Positions 17,475 to 23,350 of a DNA stretch of 23,350 nt are shown here, one piece after another (position 1 is the stretch's first letter; each line of letters starts with the position of its first letter). The notes beneath the pieces were generated by a model. It was not told the DNA's origin, ran no database searches, and saw only the letters and a program-made list of their open reading frames with translations. The translations under genes and the position numbers were made by a program. The stretch covers positions 1 to 23,350 of the forward strand of contig JAIFKY010000062.1 in the NCBI GenBank assembly GCA_020049345.1. The letters run 5' to 3'. Source of the stretch: Anaerolinea sp. (GTDB taxonomy: Bacteria; Chloroflexota; Anaerolineae; Anaerolineales; Villigracilaceae).

Positions 17475-17521
17475 GCGGAGCGAAGAACCTCTTATTTCAA
17501 GGTAGAGACCCTTCGCTCCGC
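17475..17521. repeat. GC-rich palindromic unit (GAGCGAAG / CTTCGCTC type)
   Basis: An 11-bp stem gcggagcgaag (17475..17485) / cttcgctccgc (17511..17521) has a 25-nt loop. It is preceded by the mini-hairpins actccgaaggagt (17398..17410) and accccgaaggggt (17447..17459). Confidence 0.7.
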
Positions 17522-17550
17522 TCAGGGAATCACGCTTTAGGTGCGTAAGG

Positions 17551-17645
17551 TGACTTAATAATTTCACCACGAAGTCACAAAGACACAAAGTTTTCCCCTT
17601 CGAGTCTTTGCGGTCAAAAAAGCGGGCTTATTAAACAGACTCCAT
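17551..17645. repeat. copy 2 (core only, inverted orientation) of the 16057..16238 element family
   Basis: Its reverse complement aligns to 16087..16200. The identical runs are caaagactcgaaggggaaaactttgtg and gtgacttcgtggtgaa. There are two indels (16 nt and 8 nt). Confidence 0.8.
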
Positions 17646-17657
17646 TCCCCCTTGGGC

Positions 17658-17705
17658 AAAGAAAAAAACAACAAAAAAAGAGACACTCAATTTCTGAGAG
17701 TCTCT
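17658..17705 (-). terminator. strong intrinsic terminator ending the cytochrome / YeeE operon
   Basis: On the minus strand, the stem-loop agagactctca-gaaat-tgagtgtctct (17679..17705, one bulge) is followed directly by CTTTTTTTGTTGTTTTTTTC (complement of 17661..17680). It begins 23 nt after the stop codon at 17729..17731. Confidence 0.85.
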
Positions 17706-17728
17706 TTCTATTTTCTGCGTTCTGTTTT

Positions 17729-19030
17729 TTATCCGCAGCCGCCGCCAGATTTATCTCGCTTGAGTTGCAGGACTATCTTGGCTTCAAATTCGAGCGCTTC
17801 ATATTCGACGGGACTGGGTGAGCAAGACTCGTAATTACTGCCCAATGCCGCAGGGAAGATATAGCCCAATTCGTCGTCACCCGCTTTCGGGTTGGCTTGC
17901 AGCGCTTTATCATCCGTGCCAAAGAATGCGATCCAGTTGTTGACTCCGCCTTCAAGAATATACGAGTTGGTCACGCCACTTCCGACAAGCAATTTCCATG
18001 CGTCGGTGGCGGCGGTTTCGTCATTGCCCATCACGATGAATACTGAGTTGGCGGGCGGTTCGCTGAGCAAGAGCGGAACAATTTCGGTGATGCGATCCAG
18101 CGGTACATTGACCGCGTCTTCGACGTGATACAGGTTGTATTCCGCTTCAGGGCGCACATCAATATAAATGGGATTCATCGCCTGATTGTATTTTGCCTTG
18201 AAGGCTTCGGCGGGCGTGATGTGTACCAGCCGTTTTGCAAGCATGTCATCAGCAGTATAAGTATAGGTGTTGACGATTGGATCTGCATTCAATTGCGGAA
18301 TGCTTTCGGTGCGCGTGAATTTGACCTTGTTATATTTGTCTTCGAGAGAAGGCGAGCCGATGAAGAAGACCGCCAACGCGCCGACAAACAATGCCACTGC
18401 GCCAGCCACGCGGATTTTCGGTTCCTTGCTCAAATCTTTTTTACCGATGATGCGTTCCAATTGTTCCGCGCCCCAGAACATGAAAAGCGCCATGAGGATG
18501 ACGAGCACAACCACCGCGCCGATGGGAATTCCAAAAACTTGATCGAGGGTCAAACGCCCTAAGTAGCCCGCGTTGTTGTACCAGTTGGTGAAGAGTGGTT
18601 CGGTTTCGCCGAAAAGGAATGCGCCCACAAATCCACCGAGCATGAAGAGCATACCGTCGATTTTTCCTGTAGATGCGGATGCAAGCGAGGTAGTGGGACA
18701 GAACCCGCCGATGATGAAGCCGACGCCCATGATAAGTCCGCCAAGAATGCCAGACCAGATGTAGGTTGTGTTGACCCAGACTTGGCTGAAGTCGAGGATG
18801 CCAAGTCCAACCGCGCCGAAAAGCAAAACCATGGCGGTGACAATGGCGGTAAACATGACCTTGAGCACGGTCAATTCGGTGAAGTAGAACTGCGCGGCAA
18901 GTTTGCGTGAATCGCCGAAACCTGACATTTCAAGGGTGAAGCCGAAGGCAAAGCCAACCAGCGCGAATACGAGATAACTCCACGGGTTAGCCGCACTGAC
19001 TGCGATAAGGGATGGGATGGGAAAATTCAT
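17729..19030 (-). CDS. YeeE/YedE-family sulfur-transport half-protein fused to a rhodanese-like domain lacking the catalytic Cys, with a C-terminal ...SGGGCG tail
   Basis: AGGAGA SD lies 7 nt upstream. The N-terminal ~190 aa are polytopic and carry the conserved GGFCPTTS motif. An extra TM helix is IRVAGAVALFVGALAVFFIG. The rhodanese-like block is IYIDVRPEAEYNLYHVEDAVNVP...FIVMGNDETAATDAW...ILEGGVNNW, with G where the active-site C is expected. Confidence 0.75.
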   Translation of the reverse strand: MNFPIPSLIAVSAANPWSYLVFALVGFAFGFTLEMSGFGDSRKLAAQFYFTELTVLKVMFTAIVTAMVLLFGAVGLGILDFSQVWVNTTYIWSGILGGLIMGVGFIIGGFCPTTSLASASTGKIDGMLFMLGGFVGAFLFGETEPLFTNWYNNAGYLGRLTLDQVFGIPIGAVVVLVILMALFMFWGAEQLERIIGKKDLSKEPKIRVAGAVALFVGALAVFFIGSPSLEDKYNKVKFTRTESIPQLNADPIVNTYTYTADDMLAKRLVHITPAEAFKAKYNQAMNPIYIDVRPEAEYNLYHVEDAVNVPLDRITEIVPLLLSEPPANSVFIVMGNDETAATDAWKLLVGSGVTNSYILEGGVNNWIAFFGTDDKALQANPKAGDDELGYIFPAALGSNYESCSPSPVEYEALEFEAKIVLQLKRDKSGGGCG

Positions 19031-19046
19031 GATAAAGTCTCCTGAA

Positions 19047-19103
19047 TAATTACCAATTACTAATTACCAACCTGCGTAATTTGTAATTGGTGATTGGTAA
19101 TTA
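19047..19103 (-). repeat. AT-rich intercistronic hairpin overlapping the upstream stop codon (TAATTACCAAT family)
   Basis: taattaccaat (19047..19057) pairs with attggtaatta (19093..19103). Imperfect pairing continues inward to about 19070/19080. The hairpin contains the 14-mer attactaattacca at 19056..19069. The stop codon of the upstream gene is 19101..19103. Confidence 0.75.
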
Positions 19104-19646
19104 GTTCCACAACTTCCTGACGAAATACGCCAACGCATACGCCCCGCCGAAGATGGAAAACATCACCAGCCATGAACCAGCGGAGAGGGTCGTGCCGCCT
19201 GTCAGCGCCTGCCCCGATGTACATCCGCGAGCCATGCGCGCGCCGTAAAGGAAGATCACGCCGCCAAGGAATGCCATCAACCAGCGGGTGCGGTTGGAGA
19301 TGTTGGGACCTTTGGTGGTCATAAATTTGAGGCGTCCGTTGAATGCGCCAGAAGCGAATCCGCCGAGCAGTGCGCCGATGAAGACTGGGAGAATCCAATC
19401 GTCAAAAGGATTTTTATCGCCGCCAGCCATCTTCAACAAATAAGGATTGTTGTCCACGTGGGAAGGGGAAACCGCATCCACGAGCGCTGCGTCAATACGA
19501 GCGGTTGCGCCCGATGAGCCGAGTCCATTGCCTGTGAAGAGCAACGCCAGGAACAGAATAACGCCCAGCACCATTCCGCCAAAGTAAGGGTGTACGTAAG
19601 GTTTTTCAGGTCGGTTGAATATTGTTTTTTTTGTTTGAGTAGTCAT
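19101..19646 (-). CDS. YeeE/YedE-family sulfur-transport half-protein
   Basis: AAGGAG SD lies 6 nt upstream of ATG 19646; the track start at 19691 lacks an SD. The protein is polytopic and carries the conserved ARGCTSGQALTGG motif typical of the Sulf_transp family. Confidence 0.8.
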   Translation of the reverse strand: MTTQTKKTIFNRPEKPYVHPYFGGMVLGVILFLALLFTGNGLGSSGATARIDAALVDAVSPSHVDNNPYLLKMAGGDKNPFDDWILPVFIGALLGGFASGAFNGRLKFMTTKGPNISNRTRWLMAFLGGVIFLYGARMARGCTSGQALTGGTTLSAGSWLVMFSIFGGAYALAYFVRKLWN

Positions 19647-19690
19647 TTGATACTCCTTATTAATAAAACAGTTGCGAGGTACGAAATACA

Positions 19691-19733
19691 AGTAATGAGT
19701 AACGAGTTATGAGATTGCTCGTTACTCATTACT
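19691..19733 (-). repeat. perfect 16-bp intercistronic hairpin
   Basis: agtaatgagtaacgag (19691..19706) pairs with ctcgttactcattact (19718..19733), with an 11-nt loop. It lies between the cytochrome stop (19743) and the next start (19646). No good U-tract follows on the transcribed strand. Confidence 0.8.
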
Positions 19734-19742
19734 TTTTACTTA

Positions 19743-22451
19743 TTATTTTTTTTCCTGCTCTTCATGCACTTCCACTTCTTCATAACCTGTCACCATCGCG
19801 CGCATCGCCTCAAGCGGAGTTGCGCCCGTGGTGGTCATGTAGACATGGACAATGATGAATGTTCCGAACATCCACGCGACGAGGGAGTGGAATGGCGCAA
19901 GAACTGGAAGTCCGCCAAGCGCGTTTGTGAACGCGGGGAATTTTTGCACTGCCCACATCAACGAACCTGTGATAATTTGAAGCGGCAGTAATACATTCAA
20001 GATCATGAAGTAGGTAAACTTCTGAATCGGGTTCATGCGGCTGGTCGGCAATTTCTCAAACGGATGTCCTTCACCTTTGAAAATTCCAGAGATGTAATAC
20101 TTCGCCTGAACAATCGCGTCATCAAAGAAACCATACGGATGCGGAATAAATTCCTGAATGCGCTCAGTTGCAACATGGTAGAAGAGTGAGAATACCGCGT
20201 TCAGCACAAGAATAACCGCAATAACGTTGTGGATCGTCACCATGCCAGGGAACGAGAACACACCGAAGATATCGGGTCTGTGGATGATCAAACCTGTCAG
20301 AAGCAGAATAACGATGGAGGTGGTCTGGAGCCAGTGCCAGAAGCGGCGATACGGTTCGTACATGTAAACGCGCTCGGTCTTTGCGTGACCCTTAGCCTGT
20401 TTCTTCGACGATAAGAATCTCAGCGTCCCGTGACCAATTACGCCCAAAAGTGATCCAGCGAACATCAACGCGCCCAGCCAATCAATCCAACTTACACGGC
20501 TGGAGCCGAAAACATACATCTTATCTTTGGCGGGGGCAGGTTGATAGTACAACGCGCCATCTGCGCCAGTGACAATTTCACCCGTGCCGTTTACGTTGTT
20601 GTCCGCGTCAAAGACGGGCATCACAGGGGCGTGATCTGCAAGTTTGATGGATTGCGTCATACGCGAATTTTCGTTGTGACAGGCTTTGCAATCGTTGACC
20701 GCGTCATCGCCTTTGGCAACGTTGTGATTAATGCTGTACGGCTGAACCATGCCTTCGATGCGTGGATTATCCAACCCAAGCGCAACCAATTTGGCTTTGA
20801 CCGCGCCTTCTTTTGCAGGCGAATCAATCACTAATTCGGCGCTGCTCAGTTTTCCATCGCTGTTTGCGTCAAACGCAGCAACGATGTCGCTTGCGTAATT
20901 TCCACTATCAAGATACGCGGCTTCGAGGTCAACCAGACGGACGGGACGTTTGCTGCCATCGGCGTTGGCATCATCATACACCCAGTAGAAGGATGTAATC
21001 AGGTTGTACGGCGCAAGTAATGTATCGCCGTCAATATTTGTGCGGTTTAGTAAAACGGGTTCATAGCCCGATACAAGCGAGGTTACTTCATTCGGCGTAC
21101 CTTCCACGCCACGACATTCGGTGGAAGCGGTTCCGGCAGTTGTAATCACGGTCCAATCATAGGTTTGGATCGCAGGCGCGTACATTTGCGGGATATGGCA
21201 GGTTTCGCAGGCGACGGCATTCATGTGTGTGTCCACATAAGGCAGCCAGTCTGCATGGCTCTTGGTGGCGTCGTGGCAGTTTTCACAGCGGCGCATGGTG
21301 CCTTTGTATTCAGGCGCAACATTGAATTGTGCGCTTTCGCCGCGTGCAAAGTTATGATCTGGTCTTTGCAGGTATTCACCAATTTCCAAAGAGCGCGGAT
21401 CATAAACCAGGTGTTCAGGGTTGTTACTTTGGATTTCGCTGATGTGCGAGGGATTGTTCAACGCATAATGGCAATCAACACATTGCAACTGGCGTTCTGC
21501 GTGAATATCCCACGGGCGATTCAGTTCAGCCTTATTCGTCAGGTTTATGCCTGATTCGTTGATACGCTGTCCGCTGACAACTTGACCTGTGGTGGCTGTT
21601 TGCGGGTAGTTCAAGTCACACTGATTGACGGTGAGCGGGTCACCAGAATTGGGATGCACTTCACCATGACAAGTCGCACAGTTGGCATTGGTGGGGTCTT
21701 GAATGCCAATCGCATCACTCTTGATTTCGCCAATTTCGTTGAAGGCATCTGCGTTCCAAGTCCAGCCGTCAGTAGATTTGCTGACGATGTTCAAGTCGGT
21801 CAAGGTGGCGGTGTTGGCATTGCCAAAATCACCCGCTTGGATTGCCTCTGTGCGGGCGGTGGTGTTGGGAGATTTAAGGTGGCAGAGGAAACAATTCATT
21901 TCCATCGTGCCAGATTTGTCCCAATCCCAAACTGTGGGATTTCCATCTTTATCAAGAATGGCTGTTTCGGGATTTTCGACATCATCCTTGAGATTGTCAA
22001 GCGCCGCGCCATCGCGGGATGTGGTGGTTGGTCCGCCGCCGACGATTCTCTGTCCGTTGAGCATGAGCCATTCAGCGGTGGAAAGGTCGAGTCGTTCATC
22101 ACCATTCTGTGAGAGGTAGCGATAGGTCAGCGGATCCCATTTGCCAAAGAGTCCGGTGCTGGAACTCAGGTCTTTTGTTTCTTTATAATCTGAAAGCCCG
22201 AGGTCAGAGTGGAAGGCGTGGCTTTGGATGAAGTTCGTGTCGTGGCATTGTCCGCAGGTTTGCATGGTTGAAACCGCATTGCTGCTTTCGAGGACATTCA
22301 CGCCATCAACATCGAGCAGGGCAAAGTTCGGGTGCAGGACAGATGCCTGGGGTGTCGGAGCAGGTTCGGGCGAGGCGAGAACGGTTCCAATTCCAATGGC
22401 AAGAGCCAGGGCAATTAATCCAAGCAGGAGAAATAATGAGTATCGTTTCAT
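19743..22451 (-). CDS. fusion protein: signal/anchor peptide + heptahaem c-type cytochrome domain (Otr-like) + C-terminal FdnI/HydC/PhsC-type cytochrome b membrane domain (CbcL-like architecture)
   Basis: There are seven CxxCH motifs: CGQCH, CFLCH, CATCH, CVDCH, CENCH, CETCH and CKACH. The N-terminal hydrophobic leader is LFLLLGLIALALAIGIGTVLA. The C-terminal ~250 aa have 5 TM helices with the Ni_hydr_CYTB-type signature YRRFWHWLQTTSIVILLLTGLIIH and conserved His residues in later helices. AAGGAA SD lies upstream. Confidence 0.85.
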   Translation of the reverse strand: MKRYSLFLLLGLIALALAIGIGTVLASPEPAPTPQASVLHPNFALLDVDGVNVLESSNAVSTMQTCGQCHDTNFIQSHAFHSDLGLSDYKETKDLSSSTGLFGKWDPLTYRYLSQNGDERLDLSTAEWLMLNGQRIVGGGPTTTSRDGAALDNLKDDVENPETAILDKDGNPTVWDWDKSGTMEMNCFLCHLKSPNTTARTEAIQAGDFGNANTATLTDLNIVSKSTDGWTWNADAFNEIGEIKSDAIGIQDPTNANCATCHGEVHPNSGDPLTVNQCDLNYPQTATTGQVVSGQRINESGINLTNKAELNRPWDIHAERQLQCVDCHYALNNPSHISEIQSNNPEHLVYDPRSLEIGEYLQRPDHNFARGESAQFNVAPEYKGTMRRCENCHDATKSHADWLPYVDTHMNAVACETCHIPQMYAPAIQTYDWTVITTAGTASTECRGVEGTPNEVTSLVSGYEPVLLNRTNIDGDTLLAPYNLITSFYWVYDDANADGSKRPVRLVDLEAAYLDSGNYASDIVAAFDANSDGKLSSAELVIDSPAKEGAVKAKLVALGLDNPRIEGMVQPYSINHNVAKGDDAVNDCKACHNENSRMTQSIKLADHAPVMPVFDADNNVNGTGEIVTGADGALYYQPAPAKDKMYVFGSSRVSWIDWLGALMFAGSLLGVIGHGTLRFLSSKKQAKGHAKTERVYMYEPYRRFWHWLQTTSIVILLLTGLIIHRPDIFGVFSFPGMVTIHNVIAVILVLNAVFSLFYHVATERIQEFIPHPYGFFDDAIVQAKYYISGIFKGEGHPFEKLPTSRMNPIQKFTYFMILNVLLPLQIITGSLMWAVQKFPAFTNALGGLPVLAPFHSLVAWMFGTFIIVHVYMTTTGATPLEAMRAMVTGYEEVEVHEEQEKK

Positions 22452-22478
22452 AGTGAATTCCTTGGAGGTTAGTAATTG

Positions 22479-22514
22479 GTAAATGGTAATTACCGATTAC
22501 TAATTACCATTTAC
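22479..22514 (-). repeat. perfect 14-bp intercistronic hairpin overlapping the upstream stop codon (TAATTACCA family)
   Basis: gtaaatggtaatta (22479..22492) pairs with taattaccatttac (22501..22514), with an 8-nt loop. The stop codon of the upstream cytochrome gene is 22511..22513. The hairpin contains the 14-mer attactaattacca at 22496..22509. Confidence 0.85.
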
Positions 22515-23350
22515 TTCCTTCCACCCCATTCGATTGGGTCGCCAGCGTAACCGAGGGCTTCCCAATCCATGCGGCCGGGTTCGCCCGAAGGAGAATGGCA
22601 GGCGTTGCATTGCAGGGCTTTGTCGGCAGATTGCACCATGTGGGTTGTGGGCCAGTACATGTAGGTTTCAGTGAAGCCGTATTCGCCGCTGTAGGGTAAG
22701 CCCATTCTTTCCTGGGCTAATTTGAAGGAGTTGTCCCAGTCAAAATTTGTCCAGAAGCCGTCTGTGCCTGAGGTAATGGGTTGAAGCAGGTAATTATTTT
22801 TTACATCGTAGGGTTGTTTGGCGATGTGCAGTTTGAATGGGAAAATTTTTGCGGTGTTATCTTTGATGTTGCCCGCAGGTTTGTTGATGTAGGTAATGCC
22901 ATCCTTGCCGAGCGGGTCGCCGAGGATGTAACGATATTCATTGTTGCCATTAAACCAGAGGTAGGTGGGCGCAAAGTTTTTGTCGTAGACAAATTCACCT
23001 TTGATCTTGAGGTAGGTGAAATGGTCATCAGTGCGTCCGTCTTGTCCGGCCTGTGACCAGTCCCATGTAACTTTGGTTGGGTCTTCCAGCGCAATGGCGG
23101 GAATGTGACAGGTTTGACATGCAACAGCAGAAAGATGGGTATTGAGTCGTTCATCTTCGTGCTTTTGATTCACGTGGCACTGTTCGCAGGAAACTTGTTC
23201 CTTCGGGTCAATGGTGTAATTATCGGCAACCATGCGACCTAAAATTTGATGGTCAGTGGCGACATGGCAATCAATACATTGCATATTGGCGTCGCCGCCC
23301 ATGTGGATGTCAATATTTTGATCGGGGAAGTACATGCTCTCGTCGAGGTC
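22511..23350 (-). CDS. multihaem c-type cytochrome, probable octahaem tetrathionate-reductase (Otr) family, 5' end outside the window
   Basis: Four CxxCH motifs lie in the visible C-terminal 279 codons: CIDCH, CEQCH, CQTCH and CNACH. The frame stays open to the window edge (DLDES precedes the first Met). The C-terminal GRMDWEALGYAGDP matches my memory of Otr-family proteins. It is a clear paralog of the c-domain of the next gene. Confidence 0.6.
   Translation of the reverse strand, partial: DLDESMYFPDQNIDIHMGGDANMQCIDCHVATDHQILGRMVADNYTIDPKEQVSCEQCHVNQKHEDERLNTHLSAVACQTCHIPAIALEDPTKVTWDWSQAGQDGRTDDHFTYLKIKGEFVYDKNFAPTYLWFNGNNEYRYILGDPLGKDGITYINKPAGNIKDNTAKIFPFKLHIAKQPYDVKNNYLLQPITSGTDGFWTNFDWDNSFKLAQERMGLPYSGEYGFTETYMYWPTTHMVQSADKALQCNACHSPSGEPGRMDWEALGYAGDPIEWGGRK

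Noticed and set aside
17729-17743. A thioredoxin-reductase-like C-terminal Gly-Cys-Sec-Gly redox tail (selenocysteine recoding) at the end of the YeeE-rhodanese fusion.
   Set aside because: The gene ends GGC TGC GGA TAA. The stop is TAA, there is no in-frame TGA, and the next element downstream is the terminator.
19060-19398. A 112-aa minus-strand ORF overlapping the YeeE half-gene.
   Set aside because: It is out of frame with the Sulf_transp-type protein that carries the conserved GCTSG motif. It also extends into the intercistronic hairpin.
21582-22112. Plus-strand ORFs of 176 aa and 138 aa (21703..22119), and a 129-aa ORF at 21165..21554.
   Set aside because: They are antisense to the multihaem cytochrome gene, whose seven CxxCH motifs fix the true frame and strand.
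5163-22514. Whether the recurring hairpins and repeats could be a CRISPR array.
   Set aside because: The copies are kilobases apart and each is an inverted repeat. There is no regular repeat-spacer periodicity, and no cas genes are present.

Overview
This is a 23.35-kb chromosomal window with no rRNA, tRNA, CRISPR array, transposase or phage genes that I can see. The gene content and repeat style look like a Chloroflexota/Anaerolineae-type genome, but that is an unverifiable impression.

Left half, plus strand:
- A thiolase broken by a perfect 68-bp tandem duplication, then a DinB-family gene and hbd.
- A membrane-anchored YvcK/CuvA-like protein.
- gap and pgk, an intrinsic terminator, then a Hanks Ser/Thr kinase and tpiA.
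- An HExxH membrane protein.

Middle:
- A minus-strand block of a REC-histidine kinase, a PAS/GAF histidine kinase and a secernin/C69-like Ntn hydrolase.
- A 161-bp MITE-like element with 14-bp TIRs and an 8-bp target-site duplication.
- An apparently leaderless obg.
- A second palindromic repeat family that brackets a small membrane protein and a DedA gene.

Right third, minus strand, running off the window: a tightly packed operon of at least four genes.
- Two paralogous Otr-like multihaem c-type cytochromes. The second is fused to a FdnI/HydC-type cytochrome b and carries an inserted EF-hand pair.
- A split YeeE/YedE sulfur (thiosulfate) channel. Its second half is fused to a rhodanese-like domain that lacks the catalytic Cys and ends in GGGCG.
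- A strong intrinsic terminator closes the operon.
- Every intercistronic spacer carries an AT-rich hairpin that overlaps or closely follows the upstream stop codon. Two of them share an exact 14-mer, and a variant of it occurs in the gap-pgk spacer.

This operon is my best candidate for an undescribed system: quinol-linked extracytoplasmic reduction of a sulfur oxyanion coupled to thiosulfate import. All family calls come from motif recognition by eye and need HMM or BLAST confirmation.
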